DNA from: Histomonas meleagridis 2922-C6/04-290x
Taxonomy: Eukaryota > Protista > Parabasalia
Assembly (NCBI GenBank): GCA_020184695.1
Contig: JAANOX010000251.1
Location: forward strand, 62,001-126,000
DNA: 64,000 nt
Direction: 5' to 3'
Both the position numbers and the translations under genes were made by a program. Under the pieces are notes generated by a model, which worked only from the letters and a program-made list of their open reading frames with translations, did no database searches and was not told the origin of the DNA. Positions 21,464-33,730 of this stretch are shown here, piece after piece (position 1 is the first letter of the stretch; each line of letters opens with the position of its first letter).

Positions 21464-21736
21464 TTGGCGTTAAGTCAAAAATATTAACAATATATGTGAA
21501 AAATATCCCTATAATTAGCTACTTTTTCGAAGTTAAACACCATTCTAAAATCCATGCATCTCGAATTTATTTTCTTTAATCAAAAATAACATTTTATTCT
21601 TCTATAAAATTGTAACTTTGATAATTCAGTGAACAAATCAGATTTTTTATCAAATAATTTTGTTAAAAAGTCTTAAATACCAGAAAGCAGCAAAGATTTA
21701 TTAATTTGTTACAAACATAATGATTGTAATATGGTG

Positions 21737-22237
21737 TCAGAACCAAGACATTAGATCTAAAGACAAGCTAGTACTTATATCATCTTGGTAAGAAGCCATT
21801 CTTTGTTCCTGTTGTTCTTCGAAGTATTTATCATACTCATCAAATGCGTTATATCCAAATGGATCATTATTATTATTATCATTATTAACAATAATATTCT
21901 TTGTTTCTTCTTTAGCTATTGTGTCTTTGATCTTTTGCCACCTATTCTTTACATTACAATCACTTCTTCCGACAAAGAATTTTGTGATTTTTGCCCATTT
22001 AGCACCATACTTTTTGTATAGCTCTACAAGCTTCAAATCTTCTTCATGCGTCCAAGGAGCATTTACTATACCCGGGCTCAAGAAAGACTTCCATCTTTCT
22101 CTGCATTGTCTTGCGTTACGATCAGGCATAAATGAAGCAACAACATCCCACTTATTTACTCCATGAATTCGCACTAACTGAACTAATAAAGAGTCCTCCT
22201 CAGGAGTGAAAGACTTACGTGTCTGCTTCTTAGACAT
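21737..22237 (-). CDS. R2R3 Myb-like transcription factor
   Basis: FTPEED..L..LV..HG..KW..VA..MP.RNARQCRERWKSFL and WTHEED..L......YG.KWAKI..FF.GRSDCNVKNRW. Confidence 0.95.
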   Translation of the reverse strand: MSKKQTRKSFTPEEDSLLVQLVRIHGVNKWDVVASFMPDRNARQCRERWKSFLSPGIVNAPWTHEEDLKLVELYKKYGAKWAKITKFFVGRSDCNVKNRWQKIKDTIAKEETKNIIVNNDNNNNDPFGYNAFDEYDKYFEEQQEQRMASYQDDISTSLSLDLMSWF

Positions 22238-22659
22238 CTGTGTAATTTAATGGTTGATAATTGAAAGGTTAAATTGAATATGAATTCAATTTTTATCTTA
22301 AAAAGTCGTTTCTGAGTCTTAACCCAATTGATTTGAATGAAATTTTGAATTCGCTCAATTCAAGAATTAACCACGCTAAGATTTTTGATGAAAATAAAAG
22401 TTTTTTGATTTTAATTTGGAACTAGGGCCACACAGTTTGATTTTATATAAAAAACAAATACGTGTTAATGAATATTATTAATGTAACATGATATCTAAAA
22501 ATGTGAATGAAAATTGATCTTTAATTACATATTATACATATATTTTAAAACATTTTTCTCAAAAACACTTATTGCTACACATAAATTTTTTGGTTTAGTA
22601 TCAATTTAGAGCAAAATAAATCATATTTAATATTTTACTTTCAATTATAAAGCTTAATT

Positions 22660-23382
22660 TTAAAGCAGTGACATCCCACAATCAACAACCTGCTCAATAC
22701 CAGTTATGTCTTTAGCCATATCAGATGAAAGAAACATTATTGCATTCACAGCTCCTTGATAAGATGGAGCGTGACCGCAAGGAAGTGATTTCCCAATGTC
22801 TTTAATTTCATCAATGCTTGGAAGACATGATGCTATTGAGTTAACACGGATTCCACGCTTTCCAAGGTCAATCGCAGCACATTTCATGAACATTGAAAGT
22901 GCGGCTTTAGATGAACAATATGCAGAACAAAGAGGAGCTGGCTTTGTATCATTTGTTGATGTAACAAAAACAATCGAACTGCCTTCATTCATAAATCTAG
23001 CTAATAAATTTGTGAGATGAACCATTGACGTAAAATTAATGTTCATTATTTCGTTGAATGTATTTGAGTCAAACTCAGAGATTGCTGTTGATTGTATATT
23101 TGAACCATGTGATCCAATAAATATGTCAAGACTCCCCTTTGTTTCTCTTTCCACGAATTCAACAACAGACTGGATATCTTCTTCTTTTCTCATATCTCCG
23201 ATAATCGACTTTGTGTTTTGACAAAATTTAATGCAATTAGCTTCAGTTTCAGATAATTCATTTTGATTTTTTCCTGTGATAATTAATATCTTTGGATTTG
23301 CTTTTGCAAAAGCCAATGCTATTTCTTTTCCAAGAATAGAATCAGCGCCAGTAACAAAAATTGCTTTTTTCTTAAACTCCAT
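22660..23382 (-). CDS. Short-chain dehydrogenase/reductase
   Basis: VTGADSILGKEIA Rossmann motif, YCSSK catalytic motif and GIRVNSI. Confidence 0.9.
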   Translation of the reverse strand: MEFKKKAIFVTGADSILGKEIALAFAKANPKILIITGKNQNELSETEANCIKFCQNTKSIIGDMRKEEDIQSVVEFVERETKGSLDIFIGSHGSNIQSTAISEFDSNTFNEIMNINFTSMVHLTNLLARFMNEGSSIVFVTSTNDTKPAPLCSAYCSSKAALSMFMKCAAIDLGKRGIRVNSIASCLPSIDEIKDIGKSLPCGHAPSYQGAVNAIMFLSSDMAKDITGIEQVVDCGMSLL

Positions 23383-23488
23383 TCTGATTTGATAAATCTC
23401 ATAGAATTTTTTAAACAGAACCAAGCGCCCGTTTATAAAAACGCTGAAATTTCACTTTGCAAATCATTATAAAAAATTCATAATAATT

Positions 23489-26400
23489 TTATTGATTAAT
23501 TCTTTTTTGTAGTCTCGCTACTTCACTTGCATCTGTGAATGCGCTTTCTATTATGCTTTGACTTTCGGGGATCATATTTATTAATTTCTTAAACAAAAAC
23601 ACAATTCCGTTATATGTTTGTTGACTCAATTTATATTTTTCGAGTTTATCATCACTTAATGCTAATGTTCTCGCTAATCCTACGATTAACAATGGTATTC
23701 CTTCAGCGAATACGTCAGGCATTTGTTCGAACAAACAAATAATTGATGAATAAATACATTCTGATTCATATTTTGAAGGCAAAATCGATAACATTTTTCC
23801 TAAAAATTGGAAACGAACGAATTCTTTTCCTTGAATTTTCACCAAAGTAAAAAGAAATGCGACAGCAGCAGCTAAAGTTTGATAATAATAAGGCTGACCT
23901 CTATTTTCTGTTTGTAAAATTTCGTCTATTTTACTTATAATATTATTAATAATCTGTGCGATAACTTGTGGATTTATTTCGATGATTTCTTTGAATGCTA
24001 TAAGTGGAGTTGGTCGATTATTACAATTACAAAATTGTAATGAGTCCAAGACAAGCTTAAGCATAAACTTAAGATATAAACCAGTAATTGATGCTGAATA
24101 TGATTTAAATAAATTACCAATTACTTCTACTGATTGAAGTACTTCTGTTATACGATTCGCTTTAATAGCATTTTGTACTGCTTTAATGAAACTTGAAATA
24201 TCGAACATTTGTGGTATCTTTTTAACAATTGCATTTAAACATCTAAATATTGAATTCATAAATGTCGTTTGATAATTTATCGATTCGTTTTCTTCTTCTT
24301 CATCTTCAGTCATATCGCATTCAAAACATGGAAGCTTTCGATTAAGTGCTGCTATACAATGATGAGATATAAATGTAATTGCATCTTGATTAAGTTGTGC
24401 ATTATTTTCGATTAATTTAGATGAACAATCAAACACTGGTTTAACAAAATTAAACATCATTTCATCAAATAAATGAGAAATTTGTTGTAAGTTTTCATTA
24501 GGATCAAATGAATATTTTAATATAATTCGTGTAAATGTTTTAACTCCAATTTTTACAATTAAATCTGAATTAGTATCTTCTAAAAGTTTTTTAATTCTTT
24601 CAAGAATTTCTTGTGCATTTGTTACAAGAATTTCTGGTTTAACTTTAACTATTTCATTAATTAATGAGATCGCATTAATAACACAATCTTGTTTACGTTC
24701 TAACTCGATTTTTTGTGTTTCATCAATTTCATTATCGTCATATCCATATGATACAACGACATCTTGATTATCTTGGATTTGATTCATAGCAAATTGTACA
24801 ATTTGCGGTAAAATTGATTGAACAATATCTAAATGACAATTACTTATAATTGATGCGAACCCTATTAAAAGACTTGAAATTATTGAAGGATCTTGTGAAT
24901 TCATTGAACTCATTAATAATTGTAATGTTGGTATTATTATATTAGTTGTTTCATTTGGCGCATAAGAAATTATTTTAGATAATGCTTCAAGTGCTTTACC
25001 TTTAAGTATAGGATCAATATTTTCATCAACTTGTGCAGCTTGAACAATTATATTAATAATATTAGGAATATAACTAATTACATCTTCACCAGAACTATCA
25101 ATTAATGAAGAAATTGCTGCAATTATATCGGGTAAAAGTAGACGATTATTTATATGTAATTGTAAAAACATACAAAGTTGTTCAAATAATGGTTTGGAAT
25201 ATTTACTTGCAAAGTCAATGGATGTAATAGAAATTGTTAATGTTTGAACACCAAAAAATGCAAGTTCTTGATCACCTGAATTTAATGCTGCTATACAAGC
25301 ATTTGTAATTAGTTCAAAGAAATCAGTCATTCCAAATTGTACTATATTAATCAAATTACCTAATGCAAAAATCGATGCTTCTCGAATAGAATGATGACAA
25401 CTTGGATCACTATTTTTTAGTAAAAGCATTGTAATTTCCCCTGAATTAGAACTTATTGAATCAGGAGCATATTCAATAAAGCGATCTATAATTAATATTG
25501 TGGCAAAGGATTCATTAGGTGAATTAGTGGATAAAATTGGCGATATCAATGAATATAAATGATCGCCATTAAGAAGTTCACAAAGATCATCAATAACATT
25601 ACATAAAGTTCCTGCTGTTGATGTAACTTGATAACATTCATCAACAAAATTAAGTGAAATAGAATGATATAATGCTTTAAGTAAATCAGGTAAAAAATGC
25701 TTTAAAAGAGGTTTAGTTTCTTTCGAGATAAATAAACTTATTGGATCAAAAATAAAATAATGATAACTTGGATCAATTCGTGGGTCAATTGAAATCTGAA
25801 GTAAAGCACTCAAAAGTTGATCGTTGGGTACAAAATTTGGAAGTCGATTCCCTTCAATCATACGAGAGACGACTTCTGAAAACTTATCTGTTAAATTAGA
25901 CATGTTAATAAGAGAGTTATGAAATATAGTCATGATTTGTTGAAAAATATCAGGGAAAGGAGAAGGTGCTGGGCTTGGAATTACTCCTGGAAGACGTGGA
26001 AGAATTTGATAAAACAAATTAGCACCAGAAAGAATGTAATCAGGATCGGTGGATGAAAGTGAAGCAATGATGTGTTGAATAATAAGTGGAAGCATTTGAT
26101 TTAATTGTTCCAATGGTAAGATTGTATTGCTAGGAACCATCACAAACAACACATCCAAAGCAGTTTGATATTGGTTGTTATTATTTGATTTAAACATTTC
26201 TTCAAGAAAATTAAATAATTCAAACCATGGAATTTCCCGTGTTTCATCATTAACGGATACATAGATAATTCTGGACATTGCATGAACAATGTTCTTTCTA
26301 ATAAGTTGGTTTTGTTCTGTTTTAAGAATTTCTAAAATTTTTGATTTTATTTGTTCTGATTGTGGAAGTTGACATATAGATCCCCAATGAATCTTAAAAA

Positions 26401-26584
26401 CTTTTTCAAGACCAATTGCTGCTTGATGTCTTATATTACTATCATTATTTGAAAGAAGATCAAAAATTAGAAAAATTGAATTTGGATTTGAATAAATTTC
26501 AAGAATGCTGTTTGTAACAGCTGAATAATCAATTCCTTCTTGTGATGTTTGTAATATTCTATAAAGTTCTTCCAACGAATTCAT
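23489..26584 (-). CDS. Importin-beta/karyopherin-like HEAT-repeat protein
   Basis: 1031-aa ORF with an IBN_N-like start (NIRHQAAIGLEK...HW) and HEAT-like helices (SIREASIFALGNL). Confidence 0.8.
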   Translation of the reverse strand: MNSLEELYRILQTSQEGIDYSAVTNSILEIYSNPNSIFLIFDLLSNNDSNIRHQAAIGLEKVFKIHWGSICQLPQSEQIKSKILEILKTEQNQLIRKNIVHAMSRIIYVSVNDETREIPWFELFNFLEEMFKSNNNNQYQTALDVLFVMVPSNTILPLEQLNQMLPLIIQHIIASLSSTDPDYILSGANLFYQILPRLPGVIPSPAPSPFPDIFQQIMTIFHNSLINMSNLTDKFSEVVSRMIEGNRLPNFVPNDQLLSALLQISIDPRIDPSYHYFIFDPISLFISKETKPLLKHFLPDLLKALYHSISLNFVDECYQVTSTAGTLCNVIDDLCELLNGDHLYSLISPILSTNSPNESFATILIIDRFIEYAPDSISSNSGEITMLLLKNSDPSCHHSIREASIFALGNLINIVQFGMTDFFELITNACIAALNSGDQELAFFGVQTLTISITSIDFASKYSKPLFEQLCMFLQLHINNRLLLPDIIAAISSLIDSSGEDVISYIPNIINIIVQAAQVDENIDPILKGKALEALSKIISYAPNETTNIIIPTLQLLMSSMNSQDPSIISSLLIGFASIISNCHLDIVQSILPQIVQFAMNQIQDNQDVVVSYGYDDNEIDETQKIELERKQDCVINAISLINEIVKVKPEILVTNAQEILERIKKLLEDTNSDLIVKIGVKTFTRIILKYSFDPNENLQQISHLFDEMMFNFVKPVFDCSSKLIENNAQLNQDAITFISHHCIAALNRKLPCFECDMTEDEEEENESINYQTTFMNSIFRCLNAIVKKIPQMFDISSFIKAVQNAIKANRITEVLQSVEVIGNLFKSYSASITGLYLKFMLKLVLDSLQFCNCNNRPTPLIAFKEIIEINPQVIAQIINNIISKIDEILQTENRGQPYYYQTLAAAVAFLFTLVKIQGKEFVRFQFLGKMLSILPSKYESECIYSSIICLFEQMPDVFAEGIPLLIVGLARTLALSDDKLEKYKLSQQTYNGIVFLFKKLINMIPESQSIIESAFTDASEVARLQKRINQ

Positions 26585-27168
26585 TGCTTGTGGTCAAGCT
26601 CTATCGTAAATGTAAAATATTGAAACGTAACTCGCAAAATCTTCACATTTTTAAAAATAAATGATTTTTATAACCTGTGTTGTTTAATCATAGCTATGTA
26701 TAACTCTTTAACTATTTTTGGGTAGTCATTTAGATGACTATTAATAAAGTGATATTTCAAATCTGATTGTATTAGTATTGCGATCTTCATTTAATTCATA
26801 AGTACACTTTTTTTTGAAAGACATTTCTTGAAAAAATTAAATAAATAAATCCTTGATAATATTTTGTAAGATAAAATAATCTTGAAATGATTATAATAAA
26901 GCATTAGATTAATCTATTTTGAAATGGATAAATATACTTAGTAGGGAAGATGAAGTACCATGAAAAAATTTTATGCCCACAAAAAAACAATAAAATTTTT
27001 GATACCATTAGAAATAGAATGATTTTTTATCCATTTTCTCGTTTTTGCTAGAAATTGAATATTTGAATGTAAATAATACAAAATTTCTTAAAAGAAATAC
27101 AAAAGTGTTATTCAATTCTCGATCGTTTCCCCCGTTGAATATTCAGAAAAACGAAAAAAACCGACAGA

Positions 27169-28138
27169 ATGGGTGAGAGGTCATTAATGAACAGCCATCC
27201 CAAAGAATTACCAGCTCAATCCAAGCGCTTTATGTCTCTGGGAGGTGACATGCCTCTTCCTCCACAGAAAGTTCACCAAGGATTTACTCCATCAAATTTA
27301 AATTCATCTTCTTTTGTTCCAAAAATCGAAAATCCACAGATAAACCATTTCCCCGATATATTTACCACATGTCCAGAATTACGCAAATATCAAATGCCAT
27401 CATTATTTGTAAAATCAGAAACGAAAGAAAATAATCAAAATCAAAATAAGCCGGAAGAAATCATGCAAAGAGGAGTGGCCCAACCCATTCAAATTTCACA
27501 ACCAAATCAATTTGTTTTTCAAAGATTTCAAATGATTCCATTCCAATTTTTTTCTGGGTTTCAACCATTTGCCCCTATTATAAAACCGTATGTTTTTATA
27601 TGTCGAATTTTTTCTTTAATTTTTTAAGGGAAATTTTCGACATTTTTACAATAATAATCTAACACATAGACATGAACTCGGATTTGTACCCAAGAACGAA
27701 TGGCCACCACAAATATGTACACTCCGCGACCTACAACAGATGTATTTTACGCGACGTAATGGTATTAGTCGACGGTTTGATTTCAAATTATACAATGCGT
27801 TATGTATAACAAAGATGTTTCCAGACGCATATCCATGCATTGGAGCAATATGGGTCGGACAAACGATAATAAAAGTTAATTCGCAAAGGTTTGCTGAACT
27901 TTTGGGAATACATGCTGTTCAAGGAGGGCTGTTTCATAAGCAAGGAAACTTCTCACGACATGGATTTGTGCAAGTGCATAAGCAGAGTCTCGAATCTCGT
28001 GCGCTTAACATTAATTTGTGGGATGTCGATGATTATAATGTTCGATTATTTACAGATCAACAGAATAGATTTTCAAGAGATAAGGAATTTGTTGTGACAG
28101 ATATTATTGGTGCAAAGGTAGAAGATGATAATGAATGA
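27169..28138 (+). CDS. Initiator-binding-domain (IBD/IBP39-type) protein; two exons 27169-27587 and 27670-28138
   Basis: Splicing the 82-nt intron joins AAA CC|A CAT GAA in frame. The C-terminal RFDFKLYNAL..IGAIWV..IIKVNSQRFAELLG..QGGLFHKQGNFSRHGF is IBD-like. Confidence 0.85.
27588..27669 (+). other. Canonical GT-AG spliceosomal intron (82 nt) of trichomonad type
   Basis: 5' end GTATGT; 3' end TCTAACACATAG, matching the trichomonad fused branch-site/3' splice motif ACTAACACACAG. Removal restores the frame. Confidence 0.9.
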
Positions 28139-28624
28139 AACTGACTTTAATTATAGTGTGAATAAATATTTATTCCAAAATTTTGACAACGGTTGTTAAC
28201 AAAAATCGATTGAAATTTTCTGTGGCGGAAAAGACAATTTAATGAAAAGAAAGAGCGATACATTATAATTTCTGTGACAAAAAATGCCAATGAAAGTTTT
28301 GTACAAAAGACGTTCCCATTTTCTTTTCAAGCGAATTTATGAAAAGAAAGTTTCATTATCTCAGAAGTTAAAAGATTTTGTAGTAGGATGTTTTTGCATT
28401 TATTCTAAATTAAAGGTGTCGATAAATTTCATTCAGGAACTTCCTCAAAAGTTTACAATCAAACAATTTTTAGTTTGAGTGAAGAAAATTTCTCTAGATC
28501 TTATGATTTAATTATCATTCAAATGATATATTATTTCTTTGTTTTTAAAAATAATAACGTTGATTTATTTTTATGTATTTTAAAAGAAAATATGTTATAA
28601 AAATAATGCAAAAGTAAATAACAC

Positions 28625-29060
28625 AGATAAATATGTAGTTGCAGGTGGAAATTATTCATTCAACATTTAACAATGCATATGAAGCAGCAATTGAGTTTCA
28701 TCAAAATGATATATTTAAGTATTTTTATGATAATAAATTAAAAGAAATTAATAATTTAGAAGAATTCGGAAAGCTTTGTATTTTATATCATAATTATGAA
28801 ATATTTCATTTTTACTTAAAGAAGGAATGAAAATAAATGATGATATTATTAATGAAGCAGCGAGTATTGGAAATATTTTTTTTTGTTGAATATTTTTTGA
28901 AAGATCATTCAATTCCCCATGATATTTTGGTATTTTCATCTGGATCAGGATATATTGAACTTGTTGAATACGTATTAAAAAGAAAAATTGATATTAATGT
29001 TAAATACATTCATTTGTTTTATTTAAAATTTATTTCAATAATTTGGAATTTTAAAATAAA
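28625..29060 (+). pseudogene. Truncated DUF3447-like/ankyrin paralogue with two intact 17-nt inserts
   Basis: KYVVAGGN..YEAAIEFHQNDIF with homopolymer frameshifts. After TAC (29005-29007) come attcatttgttttattt|aaa|atttatttcaataattt|gga, then truncation. Confidence 0.8.
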
Positions 29061-30137
29061 GGATCAAATACACAACCGCAGACCAAACATCCAAATCCTT
29101 TCGTCAAATGAATAGTTGAATCAAATATATTATATATGTAAAAATTTAGGGCAATCGTTTTTTGCTACAGACAAACCTTGTCAATTTTAGTCGCAAAAAA
29201 ATAATTTAGATACCATTTCGCTGTAATTAAATTTGTTAGATAAAAAATAGATGGAGCAAAACGTCAGATTTTGATGAAAAAATTATGATATCATAAGCGT
29301 CTTTCGTTGAGAAGCGAACAAAACCAGATAAATTATTGATTTTTAGAATTTCTTCACATTTTTTGAGTTTCAAATTCTAGTGAATGCAATTAATTAAAAA
29401 TTTTATAAATATCATATGCTGAAAAAGAAAAAGAATCAAAGATTTATGAATAATAAATAAAACATTATAATCTATTTAAATTCACATATATGATGAAAGA
29501 ATAACAGCAAAATAATATTGGATGGGAAAAAAGAATGTACATTTTAGCATAAGGATATTTTTAATAAACTGGATGCAGATTTCCAACGATAGAATCAAAT
29601 GAATGAAAAATCATCGGATTTATATTCAAAAACTGAAGTAATAAACCTCGAAAGTTAAACAACAAATACAAACATATAACTAGAGATTTAAAAACACAAA
29701 AACTATTTTAAAATACACATTAAAAAATTAAACAAAATAGACAAAAATACAAAAAATGATTAAGTGAATCACAGATGTTTGAAAGCCTAAATGTGATGAA
29801 TAAAATGATAAAATATATATTAATAAATTAGGTGTACGAAACCACAAATGAGAGAAACCAAATGATTTAATGAGCTGCACTGAAAGTTGAGATTAAAAAC
29901 GAGAATATATAACACCCCGGGGAATTCAACATTTGTTGCTTCAATATTTGTTGATGAATGGTCAGAACAATTTTTTTATATCACATTTTCAAAACCCCCG
30001 GGGAATTCCCCGCCTTTTTTACACAATTTTTTTGCTACTAAAATTGAAGGGGTTTGTCTGTAGCAAAAAACGATTCCCCAAAAATTTATTTACCGGTTCT
30101 TCTAATTTATTTAGCGGTTTTTAGGGATGCCAATCAC

Positions 30138-31736
30138 ATGCAAACAAACATAGTAAAATTTCCAGGTTTGAGGTTTCATTCTTGCGAAAAAGTACCAATC
30201 GTTCCAGTACCAGGATTTTGGGTTCCAGCCTCTAATGTCCTCCCTCCTCCTGACGCATCTATAGAAAATGCACATATTGTTTCTGATCTTCTAAAACCAA
30301 AACTATCAGGTGGTGCTAAAAATCTTAATATAATCATTCCCGTAATGCCAGCTCTTGCTCCTGTGTTCTCTTGTGACTCCAAAAAATCACAAATTCGTGC
30401 ACCTCTTAAACAAATTGAATCTCCATATTCTCCAATTCATTCAGAAGCTTATCGGAGTGGGAGACGTAGTTGCATTGTAGCCTCTTCCACATCTCAAGGT
30501 GAGTGGTCAATTGCTGAAGGTCCAAACGGTGAAAATTATTATCCAGATCCCAATGGAGATATACTCATAAGAGTTAAAGGGTGTGGCATGTGGATCACAT
30601 CAGATCCAACACCGTTTCCAGGATTTACCACATTAGAAACAACAACAGATCATTTTCCTGATCTCGAAGTACATGAAGTTCGTGGTGTAGCCTTTCCCAC
30701 CAATGCTTCCTCAGAAATGTATGCCTCACGTTTGATCAGTCAAACATTTGAAAAAATTTCTCTCTTATCAGGAAATTATCCATTAGGCTTCTGGATTTAT
30801 GACAATCTTCAAAACGATCCAACACCATCTATCAGCAAATGTGCTGCAATATTTTTAACGCATGGCGACCGTCGTCTTGAATCACATCTTCTCACAGGTC
30901 TTGAAAAGCTTCTGACGATCAAATTCAATCAAAAAACCGTCGGGAAATCACTGGAGTCCGTTAAGTCTCTATACAATTTCGAACTTCCATCAGATACCAA
31001 TCGCACATATTCTCGTGTATCCAAGCTTAAGTTTAATGCCATTTCCAACTTTATTTTGAACAAACAACTAGATTTTTCATATGGTGAAATTCCATCACTC
31101 ACACAAGATAATGTAAAATCTTGTGGATTTGTTCCTAGTGAAGACATATATAATGTTCTAAGTGATGATGTACGTACTTTCGCAAAACTTTTCGGTCGAA
31201 TTGGTTGGGAAGTTGGACGATGCATTTCACTTGTTCATCGAACTGGCTTTCTATGGGGAACATACGTTGATCACATGCAAAGTGAAGAACATTGCAACGC
31301 ACATTGCGACAATTTAATTATACTTTCCGAGTCTGATGCGCGAAGACAAAACGGAGGTTACCAACTATTAGCTCCAGTTGATTTCGACATGTCGTTTTCC
31401 AAAGAAAGCGCAGTCAACTTTTGGCTCGACGACAAATGCGTTCCTGACCCGACAATGGTAACACACATTTTCCCGAGCGAAGTCGAAAACATGCTCGTCG
31501 ACTTGGCCGGGCTGACTGCTTCTGTCGGAAACACGTCAAACATCCCGAAAAGAGAACACCCCGAAGGCTCATTGAACGGAATGCTTTGGTTGATGAGGGA
31601 TTTGATGGTTTGGGAATTCTTGGAAGGTTACAAAGATCCATCGGCAATAAGATATAAGGGAAATGATATTATGTTGGAAGATGCAATGCAATTGATTAAA
31701 GAAGCATTGAAATTGACAGAAAACGAAGAATCGTAA
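30138..31736 (+). CDS. Uncharacterised protein with a possible atypical kinase-like (SelO-like) fold
   Basis: About 532 aa from ATG 30138, with motifs IRVKGCG, RGV..ASSE, GFLWG..NAHCDN and PVDFD. Confidence 0.6.
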   Translation: MQTNIVKFPGLRFHSCEKVPIVPVPGFWVPASNVLPPPDASIENAHIVSDLLKPKLSGGAKNLNIIIPVMPALAPVFSCDSKKSQIRAPLKQIESPYSPIHSEAYRSGRRSCIVASSTSQGEWSIAEGPNGENYYPDPNGDILIRVKGCGMWITSDPTPFPGFTTLETTTDHFPDLEVHEVRGVAFPTNASSEMYASRLISQTFEKISLLSGNYPLGFWIYDNLQNDPTPSISKCAAIFLTHGDRRLESHLLTGLEKLLTIKFNQKTVGKSLESVKSLYNFELPSDTNRTYSRVSKLKFNAISNFILNKQLDFSYGEIPSLTQDNVKSCGFVPSEDIYNVLSDDVRTFAKLFGRIGWEVGRCISLVHRTGFLWGTYVDHMQSEEHCNAHCDNLIILSESDARRQNGGYQLLAPVDFDMSFSKESAVNFWLDDKCVPDPTMVTHIFPSEVENMLVDLAGLTASVGNTSNIPKREHPEGSLNGMLWLMRDLMVWEFLEGYKDPSAIRYKGNDIMLEDAMQLIKEALKLTENEES

Positions 31737-32279
31737 TAAAGTATTTTAATTAATTTTGAAATGTATTCAAGAGAGAAAGTTCAAAAGAACATTCGCTGAG
31801 GTCAAATTATATAAACAAAGGCGCAGTGTGGAAATTGACAAGATATTACTTCCTATAAAAAAGTATATACACTGTTAATTAATATCACTGTATCCTACTG
31901 ATAATGCTTTTTTGGAGAATCTATTATTTAAAGGAATTTTCAATTTGATGCAATTGTAAAAATTAAAATCATTCATATGTTTAGAGGTAAATATCTTCTG
32001 GTATAAGGATCATCATATATTTTTTTCAAGTAGTTGTAATTGTATGAAAGCAAACAGTTTTTCATAGCATTTTATATATTTTTTTGACGTAAAACATTTC
32101 GATACAGTGAAATATATTTTTATCTGTAATACATTTTTAAAAATGACTTACATATAGAAGAAGTATCCATAAATTTGCCTTTCCATGCACTAAGTAATAT
32201 CTCATGGATATAAAGACAAATTTGGTGAACAGTACATTTCGTTATAATAAACAAATGGGAAATTTCGTATATAAATTAT

Positions 32280-33396
32280 TTAGAAGCACTTATAACGGAC
32301 AATTGCTGAACCTTCTTCATCGTATTCGCTTCTTGATATAAGCATTTGAGGGAATGTCGAAAGCGATGCGAGGGCGCACCCACCGAACCAAACTGCGTAC
32401 TTTGGCATCATCGATACGACGTTGAACATCATTTTCTGTATGCGAGATCATCCAATTCACTCTCTATGCGCTCTGGTAATCCTTTTAGCTCTGCACTACC
32501 TCCCGCGAGAAAAATGTTAGCACAGAGATCATTACGAACATCAGTGCCACATGCCATTATGGACTCGAACAGAGTTTGGTCAATGCCATCTAATTCGAAG
32601 CCATTGAAGTGTGGCTTAAAAAGAAGTTCAGGACATCTGAAGCGCTCACTGCCAATTGTGATGACGTTGTCATCTGGAAGTGTGTATGTGATATTGCATT
32701 CGGATGTCGTTAAAGCTTTATTCAATTCTTCATCAAAGTCAAGCGCAACATACGCGTACTTTTCTTTAATTTTACGAACAATTTCCTTTTCGGAGGATGT
32801 TGTGAAGAGGTAACCACGTTCGTAAAGGATCTTTTGGAGATACATTGTAAGATCACGGCCAGAAAGATAGAGTCGCTTGGTGGCGTGTGGAAAAGAATAA
32901 CCTTCGTAAATTGGAACTGAATGAGTAACACCATCACCTACATCTAAAACAATGCCAGTAGTACATCTTGATGAGTAAAGGGAAAGAACGGCTTGGGTGC
33001 CAACATAAAATGCTGGAACATTGAATGTTTCAAATTGGATTTGGATCATCTTTTCGCGTTTAGCCTTTGGGTTCATTGGGGCTTCTGTAAGAAGAACTGG
33101 GTGTTCAGCTGGATCAACACCTAATTCGTTGTAAAAGATGTGATGCCAGATCTTTTCCATATCGTCCCAGTTGGTAACAATACCGTGTTCAATTGGACGT
33201 TTAAGGTTGTAGGTACTTGCCTTAGCTAATGCTATATCGCCAAAATATTTAGGGCGTCTAGGACCAATATATCCGACATACTTATATTTCCCAACAACAG
33301 AAGGTAAAACTGTGCTTGGCATTTCTTCGCCGACAAAACCTGCTATGCACGTGAGAACCATTATCTATAAATTGTCTGAAGCTCATCTTGATTCAT
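32280..33396 (-). pseudogene. Divergent actin with three frameshifts
   Basis: [28 protein letters not shown] and [10 protein letters not shown] are present. The N-terminus (MNQDELQT..IDNGS) and C-terminus ([21 protein letters not shown]) lie in other frames. Confidence 0.85.
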
Positions 33397-33730
33397 TCAT
33401 AAGTAAAACAACACTTTTTGCGTAACGATTATTGAAACAATTGCTGTGTGAATGGAACCATATTATTACAAATCTTTAAATGACATTACTGTATTGTACA
33501 CAATGCAGCGCTTTTTTACAAAGCAAAAATCTCTAAGATTAATTTGTTAACAAATTAATTTAATAATATTTTTAGGTTTCATTAAAGTTTATTAATTTTT
33601 GTACAAAGGGTCTTATTATCTTCATTGCTGGTACACATATATTAGTAATAATATTATCACCATAAACTACGTTCATGATGGAATTTCGGTGTTTGAATGT
33701 TTATTTGGTCGGAACGAAACTATTTTTATA

